Positions 14,180 through 27,700 of a stretch of 64,000 bases of DNA are shown here, one piece after another. The notes under the pieces were generated by a model. It had not been told where the DNA came from. It saw only the letters and a program-made list of their open reading frames with translations, and made no database searches. Within the stretch, counting starts at the first letter, position 1. Every line of letters starts with the position of its first letter. Where the stretch lies: NCBI GenBank assembly GCA_965644265.1, contig OZ286467.1, forward strand, positions 55,862,001 to 55,926,000. The letters run 5' to 3'. A program made the translations under genes and the position numbers. This DNA is from Glycera tridactyla (lineage: Eukaryota).

Positions 14180-17100
14180 GGCATCCACATGGCTGTTATC
14201 AATTGGCTGTGGAGTGGTACCATATCGAACCCAGGTTACCGGATGAGCTCATCTGCTACTCTATGAGATAATCTTTGCACAGGATGGAATCTTCATGTTT
14301 TGAGTGATATGGCTGTTTTACGCTAATTCTATGCAATATCTGTGTTTGTTAATTTCTCAAGTGCCAGGAAGAAATCTTTACTTGATTTCCCGGAGTACCA
14401 TTCCATGTTTTTGATTTTACTGCTTTTTTAATTTTTTGTTATTGGTGTTTCCATGTAGATTTATTTGCATCTCTGCCGTTATTAGTTTTCAATTCAGGAA
14501 GTGACTGATGTTTGTAGCTTTCCACTTTGAAGGACACGTTCAAATATTTTGCATATCATGTTTCTTGCGCAGTAAGTGAATGCAAGGAAAACTATAAGTT
14601 AGAGGCACAGTCACTGCCCTCTACTGGGGGTCGTGCCCAAATATTACGACATGTTAGAAGTTATCTATTTCATAGTCAGATAAAATACATGAATACTGTG
14701 AGTAAAAGTAAATATGATTGCATCCCTTCTGATTGGGGAATACAGTGCATAAACTCATATCTCCATTCATAGGCCACGAACGCCTGTGAATCTTGAGATT
14801 CGAGTACCCTTCTCATAATTGACCAGCCCTCTCAATTTTGCCCTGAAAGTAGAATCGCATTCATAAAGGTACTGAACAAAAGCGAGATATGCTCTTCATT
14901 TCAGATGACATGAGGGCTGGATACAAAAAAGAATTTTTGCAAAAAAATCAATTCATTCATGTGATATGAATTATGCTGAAAAAGGATGAGGGCTCTTTCA
15001 TAAAAAGTGTGTAACAATTCAACCATTTGTCGTACATGAAACCTGATGAAACTTAGTAATTGGGGGGACATTATTCATGATCTCAGAGTTGTGTTCGCTG
15101 ACCAAGAGGCTACTAGTCTCAAATTTCACTTGCCTGCCAAGAATGTTGCTTGCCATTGGCAAGAGAGCCAGTCGGTTATGGATATGTTCACCTAAATATT
15201 CCTTGCCAGTTAAAGGTTTTGAGAGTGAGACATCTAGTGTGGATGTGAATAAACAGTGATTCTCTACACTGCCACCGCTCCAGCAGATGTGAATGCATGA
15301 TGCTTGCAGGCTTTGAACAGTGTACTGTGATGTATCCATGGCTGTTACTTAATATTTCACACAAATGACCACTGCCGATCGTTTGCCCATAGGACCTGTC
15401 GGGAACACCCTGGGAATGATGGGCAATTTGTCTACATTATGCTCCCTCATGGTACACCCGTACGTGTCCACCAGATGCAATATTTGAGCCCATGAGTAGG
15501 CTGTGTAGACAGATTCGACTAAGTTCCACATTCTCAATGAGTATCCAATATGATCAAAATCTCTTACCCAAATTTGTTTTGAAGATGCAAATTACCTTAC
15601 TGCCATTGAGAGCAATTGTGAAGCTAAACATTGGGGTTTGTTCTTTTCTATACATCAATGTTCGTACAGTGACATTTGTCCTAAGCAAGATCTTGCTCAG
15701 GCGACAGGTTTCAGACTTTCCCACCAGAGTATTTTTCACAATATATCCACTGTCTTAAGCGTCAGCGTGCCCTAAGCACACAGTTTCACCACTGCTTGCA
15801 GGTTCATGCTTACAAATTTGACCGTATTCTTTGCCACGTTGGTGTGCATGTAGGCCGTGACTGAACAGCTTGCACCCAAGATGAGCCTGGTACGGGCCAC
15901 CCGCATAGACTGGAGTGTTTTCTAAGGTAGTATGTACATTCTGGAATGTCAGACCTTGTTCTCTTGTTTCTGGTACTTGAGCAGTGTCATGGCAGTCAAA
16001 TCTCCTGTTAGTTCTTAGCGGTAAATTGACAGGTACTGTGTGTAGTTGATGGCTTACATGCACTGGTGGTTGATTATGTATTCATTTGCTCCTGATAATA
16101 CAAAGTGGAAATATCTAGGATGATTGAGTGTCAGCGGGTTGTTACAATTCTAAGAAATTGGAAGTTTCTCGGGATGTAGAACAGTCAACCAACTTAGTTG
16201 ATTATATATACAGGTCCAGTTTTCTGTTTTACCCATTTTTGGCCAAGAATCTTTGTGGAAATGATGATAGAATGTCAAATTCCTTTACTTATCACTGAAA
16301 CAAGGTGCTAGCTATCACCCAACTGCACATAACCTTCCTTAACTAACAAATCATCAGTGCTTCATTCCGTTGTGTACATAGTTTATACTAACGCTTTGTT
16401 TACTGTTAGTGACGTGATGGTGATTGCATGTGCCCAGATATACTGTGATGTACTCTCAAATCCACAATTCAGCTGTAGGATTTTATATGGAATATTCTGT
16501 ATGGTATTGAAAAAATAATCCAGACATTTCATAATTGAAAACTTTGATTAAGTTATCTCCCAAATCTGACACATTTTCTTGTTACAATTACTGTGCTTTG
16601 TTTCAAATGGAAGTTACTGTCAGGCCTGTGTGTCAGCTTCCAGCCAGGTGCATAGTTTGATTACCATTGTCAGGTTCATAGGTTTTGTATAGGCATGGGT
16701 AAGTGTGTCTGAACTGCCAGCTATTGGCATTTGGCAACCTACCCGTCTCCCCACGATCTTGAGTCTGTGAATTGAATAGATTTAGAAGCAGGCAGTGTGC
16801 ATGGAAAACCACTGATATTCACAAGTAAAAACATGTCATTGATAATACATGGTGAATGGATATAGAGATGATATGATAACATCTCTCTTGTAAGGACAAA
16901 TGCTAATTGTTGGTGCATCAGTTGTGGTGCATGCTTTCAAAACTCTATTACAGCATTGAGCGAGAATGAAATTCAATTGGCTTAACAAAATAATGGAAAG
17001 CTACAAGTGACCTGACTGCAATGAGATGACTCCTATACAAAATTACGAGTTTATCCACATCCGTGCACAAGATCACCAGGCTATGCAAGATTCTCTGATG

Positions 17101-17361
17101 TTGAACCACTTTTCAGGTTTCTGTTCAAGATGTATACAGTACCTCAGTTGCTTGCACTGTGTGGAAGCAGTTGTGATTACGGCATTGTTGTATGAGTTAT
17201 ACTTTGTTCTGTTTTTTATTGTTTGTTTGAGAGCTGTTTGAACAGCATTCATGAAGATAACCTTGTTTCGATGAAGCCGTGTTTGTTTTTTGTCACCCGG
17301 ACATTTCTAGGTACTACCTGTATCAGTATGGTGGAGTATTATTCCAATTCCCATCAAGCTG

Positions 17362-17514
17362 CAGGGTGAGAAGACATCACATATATCCACCTGCCCCCCT
17401 GGAAAATCCACCTGCCCTGCTTATATATGCAAGTCATTTATAATCATTTTCCACCTGCCCACATGTAAAATCTAACTGCCCCGGGCAGGTGGGCGTCTAT
17501 CTCTTCTTGCCCTG
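17362..17514. mobile_element. hAT-type MITE with 5-bp TSD AGCTG (hAT5-like)
   Basis: TIRs CAGGGTGAGAAG / CTTCTTGCCCTG; AGCTG at 17357-17361 and 17515-17519; internal CCACCTGCC repeats. Confidence 0.85.
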
Positions 17515-18714
17515 AGCTGTCTTCTCAGGTTGAAATTATTCCCCAAACTTACCTCATTTCAAATGGTGGGGTTTGTTCAAAGTTAAAAGTATTTTCAGGC
17601 TGGAATGTGAGCTTCCACCCAGTCATATAGATATGTCATTAGCAGGTTTGTTGCATGCATATTAAGAATGAAGTGTGCCTGTACTGTCAGCCATGTCCGC
17701 CCAACAACCTTTAATGGTATCATAGAAAAAGACAGAGCAGACACTATCCTTTTGCTGTTAGTCTGACGTGTGTAGGGTGGGAGACTAGGGTCTTCATAGA
17801 TGGCAGCCACCAATGGCAGGGAATTTAATTTGAAGTGTGGCCATTTGAGATGATGGGGCTTAGGAAGGTGAATGTGGTGTCATTAGGTTAGAAACCGGAC
17901 ACACTTTGCCGGACATCGGTCGGTTGCTAAAGTCTGTCAAGCTCTGTCGTGGCGAGTACGTTCTTCGCCCTAGCATCGCGAATTCGGTTCAGATTGAAAT
18001 GAAACCGGCTGACAGGCTTTGTGTACATCTCCGACGGTCAGAAATGTACTCTCTGCGAACCCTTGTGTATTTCACCTTAGAACGCCAATTATGTCGATTT
18101 CACGCTGGTTACGCGGCAAGTGCGGCGGTCGTATCAACATTGTTTCACATAGGGAAGAACAGACGATGATGCCGGCGGATTCGTCGTAAAAATGCTTTGA
18201 AATGACAGCGTAGTGCTCTTCAAAAGCATGCAGATTATTTTAAACCAGGTTCAATGATCGCTGGAAGATCTGTACATTCAATTCGTGCCATTTACAGTAA
18301 AATTGGACAAGAAATGGCGAAATTATCGTGTGAAACGTACCCACCACATTTACGTTAGAAAACTCGCGGATAACGCCTCATTACCGTTCCTATGTCGACA
18401 GGGAAATTGTAAGTCCGGATTGCATCGGTGATGGACCTAGGAATCATTAACTACTCCCTTACTGTACACATTTACAAGCAATACGTGTTCAATGTCAAAA
18501 TGAGCATGTTTTGAAGCTGATGGGTCACACGGTTGGTGTCGTTATTATCATTTTCACTATCCGTTTGAAAGCAAGGAGGGGAACTTTTGCATGATCCTGT
18601 CTCAGCATACGTGTTGTTGAGCTGATGTGAACAACCATTTGTGCCCATAGCCAATGACGTGACCTGCAGAAACGACACGTGTGTGAATTTCACAAATTTT
18701 CACCTTGTGTCAAG

Positions 18715-18880
18715 ACTCCTCCTCGGTCTCTAAGGGAAATCATGAATTTGATCAATTTTCGCCTTCTCTCAGGGACCCAGAAAGAGGAGTCTTGAATCCT
18801 CGCACCAATGGCCATTGCATGGGCGTCACAATATAGCACGGATGAAGCTGTTGCGACGTTAAACCCTAAACAAACAAACA
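18715..18880 (+). mobile_element. SINE-like family A copy
   Basis: Family A motifs ending GCGACGTTAAACCCTAAACAAACAAAC. Confidence 0.8.
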
Positions 18881-19188
18881 GACCCAGAAGGATCGAGTCG
18901 AATGATCCTACCCATGCCAATTGCAAAGGCATCTCAGTATAGCACAGATGTTTGACACAGGACATCAAACAGCCAACGAACCTGCTATGATTTTCTATCT
19001 GTCCTAGTTTTCTAAAGGCGACTTCATTCGATTGGCTTCAAATGCTTTCTACTGTATTGGGATGTGCTGAAGAAGACAATCTCCCTCTCGGCCAAATTTC
19101 CACATCACCGATCCCGATTGCATTTCAATCACAATCGGGTTACAGTAATCTGATATCTCAACATAAACAAGAACACTCAATACAATAA

Positions 19189-20103
19189 CAGAAATGACAC
19201 CTCAGGAGTCTGTGAATTTCATAAATTTTCACCTATTGACCCGGGAGGAGGAGTCTTGGATGATCCCTCCCATGCCCATCTTATGGGCGTCACAATATAG
19301 CACAGCTGCAGCTGACGTGACGTTAACCCCCAACCGACCAGTGTTCATAAAAATAGCGATTCTAATAAGGCAATGGATGGACATTCTTTGGCATGTCAGC
19401 CAGCCAAGTGAAGGTTAGTGAATTTCACTGCGTAACAAAGTGGCCAGAAATAGCTGGCCTAGTGGAAGCCATATGAATCAATCACATTTTCACGGGGTGA
19501 CACCGTGGTCAACATTTTTGAAAACAGAAATGGCACCTTGAGTGTCACTGAGTTTCATGAATATTCACCTTCTGTTTGGGATCTAGAGGGAGGAGTCTTG
19601 AATGACACTACCCCTGCCAATTGCGTGCATAACACAATATAGAAGACCAGATGGTGCCCACGAACGTAAGAGTAACGAACTACCAAACAACCAATCAGTC
19701 AAGACTTTGAGACTAAAGATTATATGATCCCAGGAATGACACCTTGAGTGTACCAGGGGAAGAGTTGGCCCCACGTTTCCCTACGTGTTGTAAGAGGCGA
19801 CTAAGTGGGCATCCCAGAAACGACACCTCGGGTGTGTCTGTGAATTTCATAAATTTTCACCTTCCGTTTGGGACCCAGAAGGAGGAGTCTTGGAAGATCC
19901 CACCCACGCTCATTGCATGGACGTCACAATATAGTTCAAATGGTGCTGATGTGACGTTAAATCACAACCAACCAACCACCTTGAGAGTCTGTGTATTTCA
20001 TGAATTCTCTACCCAGAAGGAGTCTTAAGTGATCCCACCCACGCCCATTGTATGGGCGTCACAGTATAGCACATAAATCGCTTACGTGACGTTGAACCAG
20101 AAG
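19189..20103 (+). mobile_element. Head-to-tail cluster of family A copies (about 19189-19340, 19405-19700, 19733-19760, 19816-19980, 19981-20103)
   Basis: Repeated AATGACACC, GTGAATTTCATAAATTTTCACC, GGAGGAGTCTT and GGGCGTCACAATATAG blocks, all on the + strand. Confidence 0.8.
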
Positions 20104-20520
20104 TAGATAATCATGCATCGGTCGGAAGTTCATTTTTCATCAGCCATCGGTGCTGATGGTAGGTCGTTGACATCATGGATCTTATGTGCAAAATGAGGTG
20201 ATCATTAAAAGATATGCACTCAATGAAAGCCTCTGAAATATACTGATTTAAGTCCATCAAATCTCTCCGAGTCACGAGCACGAGAGGTGCAATTGTCTTA
20301 ATATTGCTGATGATGACTTTTGACGTTTTGATTAGAAACTGATCTATGAGCATCAATTTGAAGCCTGTCACGATTTGAGTTTCATCCAGCAAATTCCAAT
20401 GAGGATCAAGAGAGAAACCCGAGAAGTTGCTCCGTGGAGATTTCATTTTGTATTAGAGCCACTAAATGATTCACGAAGGATCAGTACCTTCCTGCCGAGA
20501 ACCCACAGATATCAGATCTT

Positions 20521-20709
20521 CAGGGTTGCATCCAGAGGAGGGCATGGGGGTATTTCATTCATCACACAGAGTATGGTCCCGTTTCCAAGACAATCAGGGG
20601 CCAAAATGCCCCCAAGAAAAGGGTTGCACTTTTTATTATCGAGTGAGCCCATTTTGAGAAATTTCGTGAAGAAATGCCCCCAATCTCGAAATTCCTGGAT
20701 GCAGCTCTG
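20521..20709. mobile_element. hAT-type MITE (same family as 5520)
   Basis: CAGGGTTGCATCCAG / CTGGATGCAGCTCTG. Confidence 0.75.
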
Positions 20710-20929
20710 AATCCATATTTGGTCTCTTTCTAAATGTATGGTCATATAGCAATGAGATATGTATCACAAAAATGACGGTCCTGTTATAATTGGTCCCACA
20801 AACACTATCTCATACATTTTCTCCTCCCGTTGGAGACCCGATCCCACCGCCGCCTTTCACAGGGGGTCACAATATCACGTAGGCTATGGCGTTGACTGAG
20901 GTGACATTGAGCCAGAACCAACCGACCAT

Positions 20930-21641
20930 TCAAAATGCAAAAAAAAAATGCCAGGATAGAGTTTCATCGAGAAATATTACATAAACATTATTTTCCAATG
21001 ATTCAAATACCTTATATATTTTGTGTTGTATCCTAAGGCACCATGAAATGGGAAACTCACGTGGGAAAAATGTTTTTCACAACAAAAAAACCCAGAAGTC
21101 CATGGAATCAATGAAAAAAATCACTTAAAAATCACAAATCACCTACAGACTATACACGAATACTTGCTGGGTGCAATTTTTTCTCATCCATTTTGTAGAT
21201 CATTACTGGACAATCAAAATAAGAGAAAAAAATTGCATGTCACCACTTTTGGTTTTTTTTTTTGCTAGCCGGTATTGAAAATTTTATCGAATTACACCAT
21301 ACATAAAAAAATAGCAGAAATATAGGGAAATTCAAGATAGCCATCCCCAAATTTATAGGTGTTTTGCCAGACCTGAGGCAATTCTACCCACCATGTTCTG
21401 AGTTATCATCCGGAAACCATCATTCACCCACCCATCTACTCAAGCACACAGCCACCAACCCATACTGGGGTCAAATTCGGAAAAATGTCCCCATTCTTGT
21501 GTACACACGTTTGGACATAAAAATAATGCATTATTTGTTTGAAGGACAGTGATACAGGTATCTACGAAGGTGGACGAGTGACCAACTAGTCTTATGCCAT
21601 AGGTTCCAGTCAGTAAACCTAAAGAACTCCCTGGTACATCC
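20930..21641. mobile_element. Diverged copy of the 23392-24253 element (putative Kolobok-type non-autonomous element), left end missing
   Basis: Colinear by eye over ~700 bp with 23520-24253; ends AACTCCCTGGTACATCC+TTAA. Confidence 0.5.
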
Positions 21642-22136
21642 TTAAATCGACTCATTCTGCCGCATCCTGGTACACTCTGAGATATCCTTAATTGAGCACA
21701 CATCCGCCTGAAAAGGATCAGATTAATTTCTCAAAACGGCTCCCTAAATCTCACAACTATCCATTGTCCAAAAACTGCAATGCGTGTAAGTTCTCTCTAC
21801 AACCATTGGACCAAACCTGCACCTACGCACCCATACCCACTACAGCCGAGTCGAGAATGATCACACTCATGTCCATTGCGTGGGCATCTCATTATAGCCT
21901 GAAAAGTAATCTTATCATGATTAAGTAGCTTGTATTATGGAAAGAAGATTGGGACTGTTCAACCTTTGCTCATTTCAATTAGATTGACGTCGGAACGACC
22001 TGATTCTTAAGTAATTATATGCCTTCAAGCAATCTAAGGCTAATTTGATTTGTCTTCCACAATTACTTTCGCGGTCATTGAATCAGACCATTGCGTTGTG
22101 ATGGACAAGTTCAGAAAGATGTCTGATGTCTGAAAG

Positions 22137-22716
22137 AGTGGATATTTTTGGACGGGAAGCGCATGGGATAGGTTTGGTGGTAACGATGACGCTGTCCATC
22201 TATACTATTGCTACTGTTGTTGTATTTGTTGTTGATGGTGGCGGTGGTGGTGTTACTGCCGGTGGTTTTGATCATCTATACTATTGCTACTGTTGTATTT
22301 GTTGTTGATGGTGGCGGTGGTGGTGTTACTGCCGGTGGTGTTGATGTGATTGTTGTTGTTGTTGTTGTTGTTGTCATTGTTGTTGATGGTGAATAAGAAG
22401 AAGAGGAAAAGAGGAAGAAGAAAAGAAGGAGAAGAAGAGGATGATTATGAGAAGGAGAAAGAGGAGGAGGAGGAGAACAGGGAGAATATGGAGGTGTGGA
22501 TATTTTTGGACGGGAAGCGCATGGGATAGGTTTGGTGGTAACGATGACACTGTCCATCTATACTAGTGCGACTGTTGTTGTATTTGTTGTTGATGGTGGC
22601 GGTGGTGGTGTTACTGCCGGTGGTGGTTATGTGATTGTTGTTGTTGTCGGTGTGGTTGGTGGTTGAAGAAGAAAAAGAGGGAGAAGAAGAAAAAGAAGGA
22701 GAAGTAGGTGAAGAAG

Positions 22717-22762
<46 letters not shown>

Positions 22763-22920
22763 GGAGGAGGAGGAGGAGGAGGAGGAGGAGAAAGAGAAAG
22801 AGAAGGAAGGAGGAGGACATGAGGAATATTGAGGAGAAGTAGAAGGAGAAGAAGAAGAAGAAGAAGAAGAAGAAGAAGAAGAAGAAGGAGAAGGAGAGAA
22901 AGCGGTGAGAAAAAAGAGTA
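22137..22920. repeat. Compound trinucleotide microsatellite (GTT, GGT, GAA, GAT, GAG) with a duplicated ~130-bp unit
   Basis: GTGGATATTTTTGGACGGGAAGCGCATGGGATAGG unit near 22139 and 22497; long GAT, GAG and GAA runs at 22718-22885. Confidence 0.9.
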
Positions 22921-23391
22921 GCAAATGAGGATCATGGAGGGACCTAAGAGACTCGCGATCGGGTTTTCCCCTTTAATTGGCGATAATCGATTTATATAGC
23001 CTTCTTCAGCAATACTCGAAAAGATCTTTGTTGCAACCTTGGTATGCTGGTCTCTGATTTGGCTGGGATCTGGTCAGGTGGCTGGAGAATCAATCACCAT
23101 CTAGGACAAGGACATCCACACCATCTATTTTATTTTGCCTCTGATATATTAACCATCGCTTTATGTCGTCTCTTCCTTCCGCAATCCCCCAAGAGATTCC
23201 ACGTGTATCAATTGCATTCTCTCAGAGCTTTGATTTATTAACTTGTCATCATTCTTTCCTCATTCCTTAGCCAGTTGAGTAAGCGTTATATAGCTCTGCC
23301 CAAATCAGGTTCACTGAATTGTCATGGATCCCGTCTGCATGTTCACGTGTGTGTATGTTGCCTCTTGTCCACCAAATCACGCTCCGTTTAA

Positions 23392-24253
23392 GGATGAATG
23401 AAGCAGTTTTTGAACAACTTGCCACATCCTTGAAATTTTATATCATCATTTCTAGCGATTTATAGATCAGATTTCCTGAAAAGATGTGGTTCGCAGCTGT
23501 AGCTATTTATATAACTGTCGAAATTTGGAGAAAATGCCAAAAAATGTCAAAATACAGTTTCATCAAGAACTATTACATAAACACTATTTTTGAATGAATC
23601 AAACCCCTTATTCATTTTGCCTTGTAGCATAATGCAACATGAATTCGGAAAATCACATGCAGAAAATGTTTTTCACAAAAAAAGACCCAATAGTCCATGG
23701 AAACCAATGGAATAAATCACTGAAAAATCACAAATCACCCTACGGACCATACAGGAATACTTGCTGGATGCAATTTTTTCATTCATTTTGTAGGTCATTA
23801 CTGGACGATCAACAGAAGTGAAAAAAATTGCATGTCACCAGATTCATTTTTTTTGCTAGCCAGTGTTGAAAAATTTATTGAATTACGCCATAAATGAAGC
23901 GGAATAGCAGAAATGTGGAAAAATTTAAGATAGCCATCCAAAATCGGTTTCTTGCCAGACCTGAGGCAATGCTCCCCATCAAATTTCATTTCAAAACAAC
24001 TCAAACTTTTTGAGTTATCATCCGGAAACCATCATTCACCCACCCATCTACTCAAGTACACAGCCACCAAACCACACCAGGGTCAATTTTGGAGAAATTT
24101 CCCCTTTGGTGTTCACACACGTTTGGACATTAAGAAAATGCAGTATTCGTTTGAAGGACAGTGATACAGGTATCTAGGAAGGTGGGCAAGTGACCAACTA
24201 GTGTTATGACATAGGTGCCAGTCAGGAAACCAGAAAAACTCCCTGGTACATCC
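23392..24253. mobile_element. Putative Kolobok-type non-autonomous DNA element
   Basis: TTAA-GGATG ... CATCC-TTAA (TTAA at 23388-23391 and 24254-24257); RR...YY termini with a TTAA target fit Kolobok; the TIR is only 5 bp. Confidence 0.45.
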
Positions 24254-24299
24254 TTAAGATGCAATATATGTTCCGTCGTTACCACATGCATAATCCAGC

Positions 24300-24369
24300 C
24301 AATTTGAGGCCAGTCAACTGATCCCACTTTCACCGCATGATACAGTGGCCAAGAATAAATATCCTAGTG
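24300..24369 (+). mobile_element. 5' part of a family A copy split by the hAT transposon
   Basis: CCAGTCAACTGATCCC..TACAGTGGCCAAG..CCTAGTG continues at 34515 as CTAGTGGAAGCCAT, matching the unsplit copy near 19440-19470. Confidence 0.8.
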
Positions 24370-24576
24370 CAGTGTTCGCGAAAAGTTTTTGACCACGTCT
24401 GACAAATTGTCAGACGTGATTTTGCCTCACGTCTGACAATTTCACATCACGTCTGACAATCATGTCAGACGTGATTTTGCTCCACATCTGACAATTTTGC
24501 GTCCTGTCTTGACATTTTTACATTATCTGGTTCAACAAAACACAACATAACAGGATGGAACAATATATTGATACCC

Positions 24577-24582
24577 TTTATT
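24577..24582 (-). promoter_or_regulatory. Candidate polyadenylation signal of the transposase gene
   Basis: AATAAA on the - strand, ~150 nt after the stop codon and inside the left TIR. Confidence 0.45.
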
Positions 24583-24731
24583 TGGGGGAAAATAAAGGGA
24601 GAAAACAACCATTGCACATAAAACAAATCGAAAATATGTCGAGAAGCCAATCACACATCGCCATCACCATCGCCGTGATACCCGTTAGGGGTTTTTGCGA
24701 TCACGCTACAGAAACACAATTCCTATTCCTC

Positions 24732-27700
24732 TCAGTCAAGCTCTGCCTGGTAGTGTTTCACCAGTTTCTCATTGGTGGCAAAGTCCTGTTCATCATAGGA
24801 CTCATAGCCGAGATCCATGTCTGGGTCTTCTTCCCAGTCTGAGTCTGAGTCATCTTCAGCACTTGTCACTGGTAGAGGACGAGCAATCTCTTCTGTGTGT
24901 GGTTCAGCTTCGATCTCCTCACTCGCATCAATGCTGGCTGCAGCTGCATCCGGCACAACAGCAGACTTCACCTGTCTCTTGTAGTTCACCCGCCTGCGAG
25001 TTCCACCTGGAGTGACCTGCAAAGCACATCAGGATATTTTGAGTTGTAGAAGATATTGTGATTAATTGTTTTGTCTCCAAATACTGTTGAGTGACTATAA
25101 ATTGAGATTTTGATCTTGTTTCAGGTACCACCGAAACGCTCCTAGCAGAACTCAAGGCTGTTTACATCTGATGACAACAGATACAGCTCCTCTGCAGAAC
25201 AGCAACACCACCGACCAGAAATAAAATTTCCATTTTGCAGAATGCTGATACATTTTTCAGGGTCTCAATGAGTGGATTATCTCCATATGACGTAAACTCT
25301 GAGCGAGATCAGGAAAGTTTTCAGGGATCACTATTGTGCCGTTGGATTAATTTGCCTGACAGAATGGAGCAAAATGAGATTAAATTGGCATGTGATGAAG
25401 GCAGTTTGAGGCAGATTCCACCCCACAGGTAGATAATTTGATTTCCTCTTGCACTATTATGAGGATCAAATCAATGTAACTACCAGCACTCCAGTTAAGG
25501 CTGATTCTTGTTCAGAAACTTAACGTGTCACCAGCTTCAAAGGAAGCCCACATGAAGAACTAGGCATTAAGGTATGACACTCACCAACCATCGATCGATC
25601 GCCTTGTCAGGGTTGAATGCAGAAATATCTGGCCCATTCAGTCTCACCGCCATGATGTTATTCAGCCGATCTTGGCCGAGTCTGTGCCGCCGCTCTGTTT
25701 TGATGAGTTTTAACTGACTGAATGCCATCTCATTCACAACAGATGTTGGTGGTAACGCCAAGATTAGGTCAACTAGCTTCAGGGCATTGTCAACCCCCAT
25801 TCCTTGCATTGCCCTGTTGATGTCAAGCCAGTTCTGCTCAGCCAACTTCTTGCCATGACTGTAAAAAAAAAGAACCCAGGTACAGCAAAATCACTGTAAA
25901 TACCACCTTAGCTAAGATGACTCACTATCAAATGCCCCCCCCCCCCCCAACCACCAACTTATTTGATCAGATGAAGAAGCCGTTATGGTATTTTTGGAAA
26001 ACATGGTGACTGAATTTTGCAGTTCTCCGGATCCTTGTTTGCAAGCATTGGCTCTATGAATCATGCATGGGGGGATGCCCAAGCAATTTGTCCCATTTTC
26101 ATTTAACAAACTGCAATTGACATATCTCAGTCTGGACACTCACCTGCGATACAACAAAGTACGCAGTATACACCACTCGTTCAGTAACTGGTGATGCGCA
26201 ATTTCGCTTTCTTGGCTGAAGAAATGTTTCGCCAATATGTCAACTTCCTCCTCACCAAAATCTGAAACATGCAAAAATACAATTATCTATATGCTAGGTC
26301 CCAGTATTCTCTTGTTGCTTGTATCAGCCCCAAACTTTACCAATTGCATGGATGGAGATACATATGAATATTGATTGATACCATCTTTTATGTGCACACC
26401 AGATGCGTCGGATGTAAGTTTAAATCCAGTTACTCGTGCATGGATCCACAAGTCAAATATATCAATTTGGCCTAGTTGAGACCAGTGAACTGATCCCATG
26501 TTTGCTGCGTAATACAGTGGCCAAAGAGGAGTCATATCAGCCTGCCCATGTCCATTGCATGGCCATCACTATACATCACAAATGGAGCTGACTTGACATT
26601 AAGCAGGGCTTTATGCTAATGGTTCCCCTACTGGCACAGGCAGGCAGATTTGCTGTTAGGGCAGGTGATTTTATCAATCTGCCTGCCCGATGGGCAGGTA
26701 CCCAATCATTATTCAGCCTATGATTATATGTAGGAGGGCAGGTGAAAAGGACAGCTGAAGAAAAATGTTAAAGTAGAGCCCTGTTAAATCCTCAACAAAC
26801 AAATTAAGGGAATTCACAATCTTAACTAAATCGAATCAACTCTCAACAACATGCCAAATCAACTCTCAACAACATACCAATTCAACTCTCAACAACATGC
26901 TGACATTGATTCATTAACCTTGACTCATATTAGCTGGCCACTGCCTGAAACTGGCTATCCTTGTTGCTGATATCACTGGAGATTCAAGGTCTGTGTAGCG
27001 GGTCTCCACACATGATACAACAGCCTCCAGGAGAGCTGACTTGTATTTCAAGGTAGGGGCACCACCACGCAGCTTGCACCCCTGGAAACTCACTTCATCC
27101 TTTGAATCCAAAAGAGCCTGAAGTGCTGGGTTGTTCCTGTGAGAATGTGATTCAAAATTGACATCATACGCAAAGATCACATTGCATTTGAAATCACCTA
27201 AGACATGATTTTGTATCAACAAACATGGGTACTGAAATTGAACAGGGGTTTTCATGGTGATTTGTGTGAAATATGTCAAGAGACTGAAAGTACTCATATT
27301 TCATCATTAAACAGATCAACCTGCGACGAGATCACCTCTGAGGGGAGACCATTCTGTATCATCCAATTTCAGGTGGGCAGGTAGAAATTCAATATAAATG
27401 ACTTGCATACATAAGCAGGACAGGTGGGCAGGTTGATTTTCCTGATGTCTTTTTGCCGGATGAGATTAACACTTAATATCAAATTCACTGATACTTACAA
27501 TGTCTTCAACTGTGAAATCATGTCCATTGTTGTCTGGCTGATGGTGTAAACTTCACTCAGGCATGCATCCACCTTCTGAAGCCACAGCGACAGCATGCCC
27601 AGTGGCCGCAGAACATCCTGGAAGCAAAGAAAAACAGCCCAATTTTGAAACAACTATAGCATATCAGTGTTTCCAGTACATCCTGTGATCAAAATGAAGT

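Noticed and set aside
15020-16060. Possible old LINE RT remnant (RV..G..SQGVP on the minus strand)
   Set aside because: Only a 3-4 residue match, and no YxDD motif downstream.
22126-22935. Poly-Ser, poly-Asp/Glu, poly-His and poly-Leu ORFs
   Set aside because: Translations of trinucleotide microsatellites, open in several frames on both strands.
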